Of a DNA stretch of 64,000 nucleotides, positions 26,826-37,560 are shown piece by piece. The translations under genes were made by a program, and so were the position numbers. Origin of the DNA: a virus. Its lineage: Duplodnaviria; Caudoviricetes. Location: IMG/VR virus record IMGVR_UViG_2513237360_000007, positions 1 to 64,000 of that record, one strand, 5' to 3'. Every line of letters begins with the position of its first letter. The stretch's first letter is position 1. The notes beneath the pieces were generated by a model, which ran no database searches, was not told where the DNA came from, and worked only from the letters and a program-made list of their open reading frames with translations.

Positions 26826-27794
26826 ATGATTACATATCAGGAAGTTAAGGATCTGGTCAAGTCAAAACTAATTGATAAGACAGATTCCCGCAGTTTTGAA
26901 GAATTAAGCGAGTATCTTTTTGGAGAGGGAAACTGCTTCTGTGAAAGTGAAGTCCGCAAAAGAATGTATGGCATGCAGAGACTTGTTGAAATAATAGAGG
27001 CCAGCACCAATGATATTAATATCTCCCGGCGTATTCTGTCCATTTCGGATGCACATATCCCATTTAACCTATCACCTGGCATATTCAAACAATACTCCGG
27101 GATGGTTGATATTCTAATCTTCAATGGAGATATTTTAGATTGTCAATCTATATCCAAGTTTCCTCGGTTATATAGAATCAGCCTCACAGAAGAAATGATC
27201 CGGGCCCGGAAGTATATGACAGATGTCATAAAAATGATACAACCAAAAACCGTCTACATTAATGTTGGGAATCACGAAAAACGGCTTGGTAAATACCTAT
27301 CAGAACGGTTGAATGACGACTTAATGCGCATTATGCCAGATAATCCTCTTGATTTGATAATCAACGATGGCTTCAAGGATAAGGACCGCGAGAATAAAAC
27401 TGAAACATACTACTCTCCGTTAAAAGAGGTGTTTAAAGATTCCGGTATAGATATTATATACACCGGCGGATGGTATTGTATGGTTGGTAATACTATTTTC
27501 GCACATCCACTCTCTTACTCTTCCGGAATGTTAAAAACCACAGAGAAGGCTACAGACTATTTTCTTCGGAAAAACAGAATCTTTACGTCTGTCGTATTGG
27601 GCCATACACATAAACTTGGAAGTTTCATTCAAGGTGGAATACAAATGTACGAGCAAGGTTGTACCTGCGATTTGTCCCGGCTTGATTATGCGGATGGGAT
27701 GCTTACTCTGCCCAATCAAAATGGATTTATCTATATTTGCCAAGATATAGATGGAAATATCATCAATGAAAAAACAAAAATAGTAAAAATATAA
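26826..27794 (+). CDS. Calcineurin-like metallophosphoesterase
   Basis: ISDAH, FNGDILD, GNHE, GHTH motifs. Confidence 0.9.
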   Translation: MITYQEVKDLVKSKLIDKTDSRSFEELSEYLFGEGNCFCESEVRKRMYGMQRLVEIIEASTNDINISRRILSISDAHIPFNLSPGIFKQYSGMVDILIFNGDILDCQSISKFPRLYRISLTEEMIRARKYMTDVIKMIQPKTVYINVGNHEKRLGKYLSERLNDDLMRIMPDNPLDLIINDGFKDKDRENKTETYYSPLKEVFKDSGIDIIYTGGWYCMVGNTIFAHPLSYSSGMLKTTEKATDYFLRKNRIFTSVVLGHTHKLGSFIQGGIQMYEQGCTCDLSRLDYADGMLTLPNQNGFIYICQDIDGNIINEKTKIVKI

Positions 27795-27817
27795 ATTGGA
27801 GATTTAAGGAGATTAAT

Positions 27818-28096
27818 ATGTCAAAAAATGATTTAGCTAAAATATACGTTAACAATGGCTATGCCGGATCCATCACCGAAGCGGCAGAACAGATTGATAA
27901 TTTTATCAATGTAATTGGGGAAGCTTTGAGTACTGGCAAAAAGGTTACCCTTCATGGATTTTTAAGTATGCAAGTAGTAGAAAAACCGGCTCAAAATTTT
28001 ACTGACCCCATTACAAAAGAGAAAAAGATACTTGCTCCCAAGAAACGAATTAGGATTTCTCAAACTCCTGGGTTTAAGAATATTGCGGGTAGATAA
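27818..28096 (+). CDS. HU-like DNA-binding protein
   Basis: MSKNDL...IGEALSTGKKVTLHGF...TDPITKEK..APKKR HU/IHF pattern. Confidence 0.85.
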   Translation: MSKNDLAKIYVNNGYAGSITEAAEQIDNFINVIGEALSTGKKVTLHGFLSMQVVEKPAQNFTDPITKEKKILAPKKRIRISQTPGFKNIAGR

Positions 28097-28097
28097 T

Positions 28098-28496
28098 ATG
28101 CATGGTCTTATATTTAGAGATATATATGATTTCTCTGACTTTGTTCTAAATACTGTAAAAGTATCGGGACTTGATTTGAATATCATATGTAAATTTGAAA
28201 TTGCTAATGCTCTTATTTCAAATCTAAGTCAGGATGATAATACATCATTTGCTTCAATTGATTTGGAAAATGAGTTTATAGGCGGCTACGCCCAGGAATA
28301 CTTGGTATGTCTTGATTCCAATTTAAATATCCGGGTACAGAAAACCTATCTTGATAACAAGCTCTACAGCAGACAAAGAGATTTAGACCCGGAGATACCA
28401 ACATTACTACATAAAAGCTGTAACTGTAATGCTGTAAATAGCATAAATGAGGACTATTTATTCATCTTCTCACTTTCAGATATTGATGACGAATAA
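28098..28496 (+). CDS. Hypothetical protein (132 aa)
   Basis: ATG immediately after HU stop. Confidence 0.7.
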   Translation: MHGLIFRDIYDFSDFVLNTVKVSGLDLNIICKFEIANALISNLSQDDNTSFASIDLENEFIGGYAQEYLVCLDSNLNIRVQKTYLDNKLYSRQRDLDPEIPTLLHKSCNCNAVNSINEDYLFIFSLSDIDDE

Positions 28497-28524
28497 GTGG
28501 CTTTTAATTTAGAGGAGGAAACAT

Positions 28525-28782
28525 ATGGATTTTTTACAAGAATATAGTGTTGTAGTAATTCTGGGGATTTGTTTATGTGTAGGATATATTGTTAAAAAAT
28601 GGATTGCAGATTTAGACAATAAGTACATCCCGACCATTGTCGCTATTTTAGGTGTACTGATCAACATCTGGATCAACGATGGAGCTTTTACTCCCCAAAT
28701 TCTACTCCAAGGATTGTTTAGTGGCCTATCATCTACCGGCACGCACCAGTTCTTTAAACAATATATAGAGAAAACTGAATAA
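28525..28782 (+). CDS. Phage holin-family membrane protein
   Basis: GICLCVGYIVKKW..NKYIPTIVAILGV...GLFSGLSSTGTHQFFKQ; three hydrophobic segments. Confidence 0.8.
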   Translation: MDFLQEYSVVVILGICLCVGYIVKKWIADLDNKYIPTIVAILGVLINIWINDGAFTPQILLQGLFSGLSSTGTHQFFKQYIEKTE

Positions 28783-28791
28783 GGTTTATTT

Positions 28792-28830
28792 GAGGGCTGT
28801 CTAGCAGTAATAGTTGGATGGCTCTCTTAT
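28792..28830 (+). terminator. Terminator-like hairpin after holin
   Basis: 14-bp GAGGGCTGTCTAGC/GTTGGATGGCTCTC stem (with G-U pairs), then TTATT. Confidence 0.55.
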
Positions 28831-28909
28831 TGTAGGTACCTCTTGCTAAACATTGTAGATTTAATTCCTACCCGGCCCATTTTTATAAACTACTCAAGGA
28901 GGTGCCGTT

Positions 28910-30232
28910 TTGGTACAAAGCATGCAAAGAAATAACGGCAATCCGAAGGGCATAACAAAGATTATGGACAGCCGAATTGCTGAAATTGCAAATGAAATCT
29001 CAGAATGGGACAATCGATATATTTTCAAACTGTTACAAAAATTAGGCGTTGGAAGCCAATATTATACTTGCCAAAGATGTAATAGGGTGCTCCTACGCGG
29101 AGACTTTTATGTTTCAACAGAACCCGGCGTCAAATCACAAATAACCAATATATGTAAGGCTTGTGCTAATGAAATAGCCATGCCCACTGTTAATGGAGTA
29201 CAGCAGCCGCCCACAAAAAATACAGTAGATGCTGCCTTGAGAGCCTTGAATAAACCCATGTTGGAAAAGCTTTGGGAGTCTTCTCTCTATGAGGCGGCGA
29301 ATACAGTGAGCGGAAAACCCAAGAAAAACGCCTGGACCTCTTATATTAAAAACATCCAAATGGTGAACTATGGGACAATGACCTATGAACAATCAGATGG
29401 ATATACAAGTGGAAATTATAGTGTTGAATCAATTAAGAAAAATGCAAAGAGTAGTGAATCCCAAGAAATTATTGAACAATTTGAAAAGAATAAGAAAGAC
29501 ACACTCAGGCTTTTGGGGTATCTTCCTTTTGAGCAAGAAAAATTATCTGATCAACCATTTTTATATGCTCAGCTCATAGGATTTTTGGATTCATCTCCCG
29601 AGGGCAATGATGACATGATGCGGACACAATCCATTATTACTATTGTGCGTGGCTTTCTTCAGATATCGCAAATAGATGATATGGTTGCCCAAGCACTGCA
29701 AGACCCCAAAGGTGCGATCAAGAATGTCGCAAATATAAAGGCTTATGAAGAAATAAGCAAAAACATCAGTATGAGAATTACAAAGTTAGCTGAACAAAGC
29801 TGCATCTCACTGAAAAATAGCAAAAATTCCAAAAAAGGAGAAAATACCTGGACCGGTAAAATTAAAAAGATTAAGGAAATCAGCCTTCGCGAAGGCGAGG
29901 TCAATGGTTTTGACATTGGAACCTGTCGTGGTATGCAACAGGTCTTGGATATGAGTAACGCTTCAATTCTCAAACAACTATCTCTAGACGAGTCTGAATG
30001 GTCTGATATCGTCAAGGAACAACGCGACAAACTTACTACTACTCAAAAAGAAAAAGACATCTATCAAGAGATAGCTAGGGTATTACTAAGGGAGAACCTT
30101 GATTTGAAAGATACGCTAAAGTCTAAGGGGGTGTCCCTCAAAGACAATCTTGTTGATTTACCCTCTCTCTTCTCTCCGTTCTCAGAAATTTCTAACACAA
30201 CCCCAGATCCAAATGAAGAAATAGGTGTATAG
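28910..30232 (+). CDS. Putative terminase small subunit / packaging-associated protein with Zn finger
   Basis: CQRC...CKAC; directly upstream of TerL as in SPbeta-like phages; start may be ATG 28965. Confidence 0.6.
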   Translation: MVQSMQRNNGNPKGITKIMDSRIAEIANEISEWDNRYIFKLLQKLGVGSQYYTCQRCNRVLLRGDFYVSTEPGVKSQITNICKACANEIAMPTVNGVQQPPTKNTVDAALRALNKPMLEKLWESSLYEAANTVSGKPKKNAWTSYIKNIQMVNYGTMTYEQSDGYTSGNYSVESIKKNAKSSESQEIIEQFEKNKKDTLRLLGYLPFEQEKLSDQPFLYAQLIGFLDSSPEGNDDMMRTQSIITIVRGFLQISQIDDMVAQALQDPKGAIKNVANIKAYEEISKNISMRITKLAEQSCISLKNSKNSKKGENTWTGKIKKIKEISLREGEVNGFDIGTCRGMQQVLDMSNASILKQLSLDESEWSDIVKEQRDKLTTTQKEKDIYQEIARVLLRENLDLKDTLKSKGVSLKDNLVDLPSLFSPFSEISNTTPDPNEEIGV

Positions 30233-30236
30233 GTCC

Positions 30237-32294
30237 ATGGGCAAACCAAAATACAAACTGCAGATTGTTGATAACATGACGGATGATTTATTGTCCAAAA
30301 TGTTTGATGACAACTACACTGTATATGTAAAGCCTGGCATTTACGCCATGTCATCCCGAAAACTTGAAAGCTTAATTAAAATTGCAGAAATTCAAAAGTA
30401 CTATCAATGTAATCCGGTTCGGTTCATTGATGATTTCTTCAAAATTGAGTTATTTGATGCACAAGCCCTTGTCATAACAAAAGCTTGGAATTGCCCAAAT
30501 GTGCTGGTCGTTGCCACTCGTGGATTCGGAAAGTCAACCATCATTGATCTTTTGATAATGGCAAAGGATATGCTATTCTCCAACTATTGGTGCTATATTG
30601 CATCTGGATCTGGCAGCCAGGCCGAGCAAACATTTGCAACCCTTGAAAAAATCGCGAATGATAACATTGATGAGATGAAGGGTTCCACGGGTTACATATT
30701 CAAAAACGAGGTTGAAATTAAAAATGCTGCTGGCGATGGTTTCTCCCACTCAAGCAATGGTTTTACCTATTCAACCTATAACGGCTCAATGACCATGACC
30801 CTAAATTCCAACATTGATTCAAAAAGAGGTTTCCGCGGATCCGTTATTTTTGATGAATGTGGATTCTTATCCGCTGAGATGATAAAAGTCTATGGGGCAT
30901 TCGCTATTGTAAATAAGAACTTCACTACCGGAAAAGATCGTGATGGTAATTCCATTGATCCTATTCGGCAAAGAACTTTTGCTACTAATATTCCCAACCA
31001 AAAATTCTACATTAGCTCAGCTTCGTCTACTGATACAGAATTCTATCATCTGTACCGTGAGTTTTCCAAAAAACAGCTTATAGGTGATCCCAATTATTGT
31101 GTTTTGCACATTGATTGTGAGGTAGCTTTCTCTCCTACAATGAAAGGTGAGATCATCTCTCCTCTTCTAAGCCGTGACACGGTAGAAACTGAAATGCGCA
31201 CAAATCCTGAAAAAGCGCGCCGCGAGTATTACTGTGAGTTTACTACGGATGCCGGAGTTAAAGCTATTATAAAACGTGGTGTCATAACCCAAAACGAAGA
31301 GCTCAGAAAGCCCTTATTATATAATGATACCGGTGATAAAAAGTTTATCATTTCGTATGATCCCGCCAGGAGCCGGGACAACTCCGTTATATTGGTTTGT
31401 GAAGTATACGAGGAAATGATTAATGGAGAGCTTGACACAAGAATGAGGATCGTCAATTGTATCAATCTGCTTGACGTTGGCAAGAAAAGAAAGTCCCCTA
31501 TGCAGACGCCTGATCAGGTTGAGTATCTCAAGGAAGTCATTCTTGATTATAACGCTGGTGCAGATGCATATGGCAATATCATTGGCATATATATTGATGC
31601 TGGATCTGGTGGTTCCGGCGTTAATATAGCCGACTATTTGATGCCAGATTGGATTGGTACGGATGGTATTTTACATCGTGGATTAATTGACAAGGAGTAT
31701 TCTGCAGATTATGTCAAAAAATTCCCGAATGCCGTAGATAAAATACGCCTAATGTCTCCATCGGCATTTAAATCAGAAATGTACGAATGTATGATTGAAC
31801 TTATGAATCAGAACAAAATCGATTTTACTGCCACTTATGATAATAAAGGCTATTTGACTTTATTTGATGTGGATCAAAAAAAGCTAGAAGCCGAAAAGAA
31901 ACGGATCTCTGATAAATTACATAGCCTGAATATTCAAGGTAAAAAATTTGATGAGGAATTGAAAAAGGAATTGGCAAATATTGATTCAATAAAAACGAAG
32001 TCTATTAAACTGGACTGGCAGGAAGAACTTGCCCTTAAGAATATTGATGCCTTGAAGGAAGAACTTGTCAATATGATCCGCAAACCAAGGGAATCAGGAA
32101 AAGACAGTTTTGAATTATGTCCAGAAAATGCGAACCGGCTAAATGATGATCGTGCATATACGCTATGTATGGCTTCCTATGCCCTCAGTCTCGAACGTAG
32201 AAAAAAGATGATAGACCGGCGTAAAGCACGAAAGATTGACTCATCTAGAATGGTGGGCATTTCTAAAAAGGCTAACGTTTGGCGGCGGAGGTGA
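30237..32294 (+). CDS. terL: Terminase large subunit
   Basis: Walker A ATRGFGKS, Walker B VIFDE, nuclease YDPARSRDNS and DDRAY; start 30237 (AGGTG RBS) or GTG 30225. Confidence 0.93.
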   Translation: MGKPKYKLQIVDNMTDDLLSKMFDDNYTVYVKPGIYAMSSRKLESLIKIAEIQKYYQCNPVRFIDDFFKIELFDAQALVITKAWNCPNVLVVATRGFGKSTIIDLLIMAKDMLFSNYWCYIASGSGSQAEQTFATLEKIANDNIDEMKGSTGYIFKNEVEIKNAAGDGFSHSSNGFTYSTYNGSMTMTLNSNIDSKRGFRGSVIFDECGFLSAEMIKVYGAFAIVNKNFTTGKDRDGNSIDPIRQRTFATNIPNQKFYISSASSTDTEFYHLYREFSKKQLIGDPNYCVLHIDCEVAFSPTMKGEIISPLLSRDTVETEMRTNPEKARREYYCEFTTDAGVKAIIKRGVITQNEELRKPLLYNDTGDKKFIISYDPARSRDNSVILVCEVYEEMINGELDTRMRIVNCINLLDVGKKRKSPMQTPDQVEYLKEVILDYNAGADAYGNIIGIYIDAGSGGSGVNIADYLMPDWIGTDGILHRGLIDKEYSADYVKKFPNAVDKIRLMSPSAFKSEMYECMIELMNQNKIDFTATYDNKGYLTLFDVDQKKLEAEKKRISDKLHSLNIQGKKFDEELKKELANIDSIKTKSIKLDWQEELALKNIDALKEELVNMIRKPRESGKDSFELCPENANRLNDDRAYTLCMASYALSLERRKKMIDRRKARKIDSSRMVGISKKANVWRRR

Positions 32295-32339
32295 TCTCTC
32301 GCTGTTTTATTATGCTTTGAAAGGAAGTGATTTTACCTA

Positions 32340-33950
32340 TTGAATAAAACAGTTATAGCTTCAACAAACAAAGTCAAGGCGAAAATACCCGATGGAAATC
32401 TCACTTCCACCAACAAATCGCATGGACAAATAATAAACTATTCTGAGTTGAAGAAATTACTTCTTCAGAATGTAGGAAAAACAACTAATCGTACCTATGT
32501 TCAGTATACCAAAGATAACATTCAAACATATCTACGTTCACCATTATCAAACCTCGATAATATTAGATTAGTCTCACAATTCTTATATAGAGTTTCTGCT
32601 CCCTACAAAATTATCGTCAATTACTTTGCCAATCTCGGTACTTTTTCCTATAACACAATTTACAAAACTGACATAACTAAGTCTTCTTCAGAAAAGAACA
32701 AAATGTTGAAGTCATATCAAGAGACACTTAGAAGGTTAGAATCAATACGCTTCAAAGATGAGTTACCCAGTGTAATAGCTACTGCCATTAGAGATGGTGC
32801 CTTTTTTGGATTCTGCTGTGACAATGAGGATACTTTCTTTATAAATGCATTAGATCCAAAATATTGTAAAGTATCTTCCTTACAGAACGGAGTTTACGAT
32901 TTTTCATTTAATGCATCATTTTTTGATCAGGGCACAAACAAATATTATATTGATAGTGACCTCAATCCTGATGGCCTTTGGGATCAAGTATTCATAGATG
33001 GTTACAACACATATAAATCACAAGGACGGGATTATATGTGGTTTGATATCCCCCCCGAAAAGGGGATTTGTATCATTGCCGGTGATGATGCTATATGCCC
33101 ACTACCTTATTTTCTTAGTGTCTTTAATGACTTATTAGATTTACTGGATTACCAGGACCTGATAAAAAGTAAAACCGAGTTAGAGAACACAGTATTGCTT
33201 ATTAGCAAGATTCCTCTTTTGGATGGATCCAATGAGGTAAATGACTTTTCGGTTGATTTGGATCTGGTACAAGCTACTCAGGCCGTCATCGATGAAGTGG
33301 TTCCGTCTTTAGTGGCAACAGCCTATAGTCCCTGCGAAGTTGATAAAATTGAATTCAACAATGACAATCAGGTTCAGCAGACCAATATATATGGACAGGC
33401 GCTCTCTAACCTTATGAGTAATATTGGCCTAAGTGAAATGTTATTCAATCCAGATAAAAATGGATCTGTTGGGTTAAATGCATCGATTAAGGAAGATGAA
33501 ATGGTATTCTTCCGGTTTCTTAGCCGGTTAGAATCATGGGTAAGCCGATATCTGCAGCTCAATATATCTGAAGACTACCTCTTCTATTTCCATCAAATAA
33601 CCTACTACAGCCGTAATGAATATGCCGGCAAACTTAAAGAAGCTGCTACTCTTGGTGTACCTGTAAAGATGGACTATGGAATTGTGCTTGGTTTTACACC
33701 TCTTCAACTTGTCCAAAAAACTCATTTCGAGAATGCTCTTGATTTAAGTTCTCTTTGGACCCCACTCATATCTTCTTATAATGAAGCATCTCAGGAAAAA
33801 AGTGGTGCTCCGAAAAAGGACGATGAGGCATTAACGGATGAAGGGGCATCTAGCAGGGATGATGGTAAGAATGAAGGGACTGCTGCCAAGAAGGCACTAA
33901 ACTCATCTCCCGCACGAGGACGCGGACGTCCCAGAAAAACGAAGGAGTAA
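32340..33950 (+). CDS. Portal protein
   Basis: 536 aa after TerL; RDGAFFG, LDPKYCK motifs; synteny. Confidence 0.85.
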   Translation: MNKTVIASTNKVKAKIPDGNLTSTNKSHGQIINYSELKKLLLQNVGKTTNRTYVQYTKDNIQTYLRSPLSNLDNIRLVSQFLYRVSAPYKIIVNYFANLGTFSYNTIYKTDITKSSSEKNKMLKSYQETLRRLESIRFKDELPSVIATAIRDGAFFGFCCDNEDTFFINALDPKYCKVSSLQNGVYDFSFNASFFDQGTNKYYIDSDLNPDGLWDQVFIDGYNTYKSQGRDYMWFDIPPEKGICIIAGDDAICPLPYFLSVFNDLLDLLDYQDLIKSKTELENTVLLISKIPLLDGSNEVNDFSVDLDLVQATQAVIDEVVPSLVATAYSPCEVDKIEFNNDNQVQQTNIYGQALSNLMSNIGLSEMLFNPDKNGSVGLNASIKEDEMVFFRFLSRLESWVSRYLQLNISEDYLFYFHQITYYSRNEYAGKLKEAATLGVPVKMDYGIVLGFTPLQLVQKTHFENALDLSSLWTPLISSYNEASQEKSGAPKKDDEALTDEGASSRDDGKNEGTAAKKALNSSPARGRGRPRKTKE

Positions 33951-33953
33951 AAT

Positions 33954-34139
33954 ATGCCCCAACCCTTTATAAAAACAAGCGACTGTGAAACGGCCAAACG
34001 GCTATTGGATTCTGGATTCGTTTTGATTTCAGAAGTTGCTGGTATATACACATTCGTAAATGATGCTTCTAAATCAATAGATGTAAAGTTTGCAAATGAT
34101 CTCAAAAAGCTTAGTTTTTCTAACAAGCTTGAAATCTAG
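33954..34139 (+). CDS. Small conserved phage protein (61 aa)
   Basis: GGAG RBS; between portal and protease. Confidence 0.7.
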   Translation: MPQPFIKTSDCETAKRLLDSGFVLISEVAGIYTFVNDASKSIDVKFANDLKKLSFSNKLEI

Positions 34140-34179
34140 TCCCCATATTCTGGGCAAATCTGCAGAAAGGAGGTAAAGC

Positions 34180-35805
34180 TTGAAGGAAAAATTACTTACT
34201 TTAGATAATCTCTATGAATTCTTTCTTAAACAAAATAAAGACATTCAGTTTTGCGCTAAGACATCTGGTTCGGATGGTATATGTGTACAAGTCCCCGCCT
34301 ATTTTTCAGCTTCAACGGAATCGGCTAAAGGGCTGATGCCTGTACATATGAAAGTATGCCATACCAAACTCAATCGCAACAACTCATTTATTTCAGAAGA
34401 AAATATGAACAAGGCACTCCCCTCTCTCTTCAACAGGCCAATACTTGGTCACATAATCGTGAATGATGATGGAGTTGCTGATTTTCATGCACATGATATG
34501 GAAATCAATGAGGATGACACGATTACATATATCGAAAGACCTGTAGGGGTCTTCCCTGAGTCATGCAACGCCCGCCTTGAATACGACAGTATCAATAAAA
34601 AGACTTATGTCCTTGCTGATGGGTATGTATATGAAGATTATGGGAACCAGGCTGCTTCCATATTAAGAAAATCCGGCTCCAAGAAAATGAGCTGTGAACT
34701 GGTGGTAAATGAGTTTTCATTTAATGCAAAAGACAAATATTTAGAAATTACTGACTTTTATTTTAATGGAGCAACAATTCTTGGAACAGATCCCGATACT
34801 GGTATCGAAATCGGAGAAGGAATGGTTGGAAGCGAGATATCTATAGAAAGCTTCAGTAAACAAAATAATAGCCACTTCTCTTCCATTCCTGGTGATGAAG
34901 AGAAATATAATTGTCTGCTTGAAAGACTTAATCAGGCCATCATGGCTATAGAAGAATTAAAAACCCAGCAAGAAAATTTGAAAGGCGGTGAAAATTTGAC
35001 AAAATTTGATGAATTACTTGCTAAATACGATGTGGATTTAAAGGATATAGAATTTGAATATGAAGGTTTAACAGATACAGAACTCGAAGCCGCCTTTGCT
35101 ATGGCTTTTGACAGTATCACAGATAATTCTAACATGGAATCAAATCCGGATACTCCTCTAAATGATACGTTTGAGCATGACAATCCGTTACCAACAAAAA
35201 AACTTAATACAGTTAACAACATGACCAACATTAGTTTTGAATTGTCGCACGAAGACATCAGATACGCACTATATAAGCTAATTGAACCCTTTGATGAAAT
35301 GGACAATGATTATTATTACATATCTGCTGTCTATAATGATTATTTTGCTTTTGAGGGGTGGGCAAGCGGCCGGATCTGGGGACAGAAATATACACAAGAA
35401 AAAGATAATATTTCGCTTGATGGAGAACGGTATGAACTTTATAAGGAGCTCCTAACGGCATCAGAAAAAGCAGAATTAGAATCCATGCGTTCTAATTACT
35501 CTGTTTATGAAAAGAAGTTGAATGAGTATGAACTGAACAGCAGCCGCAATGAGAAGCTGACCATATTAAAAGATGAAAAATATTCTGTTCTTACAGGAGA
35601 TGAAGCATTTAAAACACTTACAAATGACATTGACAACTACTCGGTTAAAGAACTTGAAGATAAAGCAAAGATTTTGCTTGCTGAGTATGTCCTCAAGGAG
35701 GGAACATTCTCTTATAAACCAAAAACAACCAACCGCGTTGCCTTCAATCTAACCGACATTGAAGATAAACCATATGGTTCTCTATTTGATGATTTAGAGC
35801 CCTAA
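34180..35805 (+). CDS. Prohead protease-scaffold fusion (YonD-like)
   Basis: CHTKLNRNNS, RPILGHI, MSCEL protease-like N-terminus; acidic coiled-coil C-terminus. Confidence 0.75.
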   Translation: MKEKLLTLDNLYEFFLKQNKDIQFCAKTSGSDGICVQVPAYFSASTESAKGLMPVHMKVCHTKLNRNNSFISEENMNKALPSLFNRPILGHIIVNDDGVADFHAHDMEINEDDTITYIERPVGVFPESCNARLEYDSINKKTYVLADGYVYEDYGNQAASILRKSGSKKMSCELVVNEFSFNAKDKYLEITDFYFNGATILGTDPDTGIEIGEGMVGSEISIESFSKQNNSHFSSIPGDEEKYNCLLERLNQAIMAIEELKTQQENLKGGENLTKFDELLAKYDVDLKDIEFEYEGLTDTELEAAFAMAFDSITDNSNMESNPDTPLNDTFEHDNPLPTKKLNTVNNMTNISFELSHEDIRYALYKLIEPFDEMDNDYYYISAVYNDYFAFEGWASGRIWGQKYTQEKDNISLDGERYELYKELLTASEKAELESMRSNYSVYEKKLNEYELNSSRNEKLTILKDEKYSVLTGDEAFKTLTNDIDNYSVKELEDKAKILLAEYVLKEGTFSYKPKTTNRVAFNLTDIEDKPYGSLFDDLEP

Positions 35806-35814
35806 TCTGATTTT

Positions 35815-35838
35815 GAAAGCTTAAGAGCTTTCTTTTTT
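35815..35838 (+). terminator. Rho-independent terminator inside head operon
   Basis: GAAAGCT-TAAG-AGCTTTC then T6. Confidence 0.7.
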
Positions 35839-35866
35839 ATTGTCAAAATGAAAGGAGATATTTTTT

Positions 35867-36376
35867 ATGACTAATTATAATTTAGGAGCTACACATGGCG
35901 CGGTTGAAACCTCACTTATGCTCGCCACAAATGGTGGTGCACATATTTTAAACCTGCGCGCTCACGAAGATATTGATAACGGTAATGTTGTTGCATTAGG
36001 TGATCATGATGCCAAAAATCTTGATGTATGGTATTCCAAGTCTCCAGCTGCGACCGACCACGTTTTTTTAGTAGGAACATCCGTTGTTATTTATGAAGAT
36101 TATACCGAAATGTTCCAAGATGAGGCCCGGTTTTACAATGCCAAAGATGACGTTATGCGATGCTACGATATGAAGCCATATGATAAGTTTGCTATTTCAA
36201 AGGAAGCATTGGGTACAAATGCGGATGATGCCGCAATTGGAAAGTACCTGATTCTTGAAGCTGGCAAAACAAAACTTCAGGTCGCAGATGCCCCTGGTGA
36301 CAGTGCATTTGCTGCTCATGTGTATGACATTGCAACTAATGGGAAGTACCGTGCCATGGTACTTAAAAACGCCTAA
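35867..36376 (+). CDS. Putative capsid decoration/stabilising protein
   Basis: 169 aa immediately before MCP; DIDNGNVVALG motif. Confidence 0.6.
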   Translation: MTNYNLGATHGAVETSLMLATNGGAHILNLRAHEDIDNGNVVALGDHDAKNLDVWYSKSPAATDHVFLVGTSVVIYEDYTEMFQDEARFYNAKDDVMRCYDMKPYDKFAISKEALGTNADDAAIGKYLILEAGKTKLQVADAPGDSAFAAHVYDIATNGKYRAMVLKNA

Positions 36377-36395
36377 TGAAAGAGGTATTTGAATA

Positions 36396-37499
36396 ATGAG
36401 ATTAGACTTTAATTACGATGCATGCGCTGACAACATCAAGGCCGTGTTCAGTGCTCCCGATTACATAGAATTTTCAAAATTATGTTCTGATACCGTTAAG
36501 GGAGCTGTAGTCAAATATAGTACAGAGGATGCTAATAGAATAATCCTGAAAAATGTACGCAAGGTAATGGGAATTAGCAATAATCCTACCATTAGAGAAG
36601 TAAAGAAATCACTGAAGAAAACCGCTAATAGGGAAGCAATGTTTGAGTTAGTTGCCGAGACTATTGAGGATACGATCATTACTGGCTGGCAGGATCAACC
36701 GTTTTTTGTTAAGTATGTAGAGTACCGTACAATGGCTTTGGGGCAGAGCAATCGGTTCTCCGTACCGGAAAATACTGATTTCATTGTAAGTGAGATTTCC
36801 GCAAGTAACCACATGATCACTCGTCAGAGACCTGGAAAGGGTAAAGAGTTTACCGTAAGTGTTAAGTCTTATGGTGCAAAATTCTATTGCGAGGCTGAGG
36901 CTTACTTAATGGGACTTGAAGATTGGTCTGCTTTAATCGAAAAGATTGCTAAAGCCTATACTAAACGCATCAATACTTTAATCTATTCCGCAATTAAGTC
37001 TGCCGGTAAAATGCTGCCTAATCCAGATCAGTGGAATATTGCATCTCAGATGCAGAAGGCTGACAGAAAGAACTTTGATAAACTTTGCCAAGATGTAGCC
37101 ATGGCTACTGGCAAACAGCCCATTATTATAGGTACAGCTGTTGGCTTAGCACGCCTTACAGACATGGCCGATGTTGACTGGGCACCGGAAAGTGCAAAGT
37201 CGGATGTTTACAGTCTTGGGCGCCTTGGAAAATGGACTAAATATGATATCATTGAAATCCCAAATGCCTTTGAGGACAATGACACCAGTAAATATTTGGT
37301 AGATGATGATATCCTATACATTATGCCCGATAGCGGACAATTCATTAAGTGGTATGATGAAGGCGATACTGAGATTTATGAAATCACAGATAGGGCTACT
37401 CATATGGATCACACTTATGACTACGAGATCAGCCGTAAGTTTGGCCTGGGTATAGTAACTGCCGGTACAAGGTTTGGTACGGTTAAAATAGCCGACTAA
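36396..37499 (+). CDS. Major capsid protein
   Basis: 367 aa, synteny, HK97-like size and composition. Confidence 0.8.
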   Translation: MRLDFNYDACADNIKAVFSAPDYIEFSKLCSDTVKGAVVKYSTEDANRIILKNVRKVMGISNNPTIREVKKSLKKTANREAMFELVAETIEDTIITGWQDQPFFVKYVEYRTMALGQSNRFSVPENTDFIVSEISASNHMITRQRPGKGKEFTVSVKSYGAKFYCEAEAYLMGLEDWSALIEKIAKAYTKRINTLIYSAIKSAGKMLPNPDQWNIASQMQKADRKNFDKLCQDVAMATGKQPIIIGTAVGLARLTDMADVDWAPESAKSDVYSLGRLGKWTKYDIIEIPNAFEDNDTSKYLVDDDILYIMPDSGQFIKWYDEGDTEIYEITDRATHMDHTYDYEISRKFGLGIVTAGTRFGTVKIAD

Positions 37500-37560
37500 T
37501 TTGACGTGGCAACTGTCAAAGGATGGTTGCCGCCATTTTATTGATATAAAGGAGATAATA

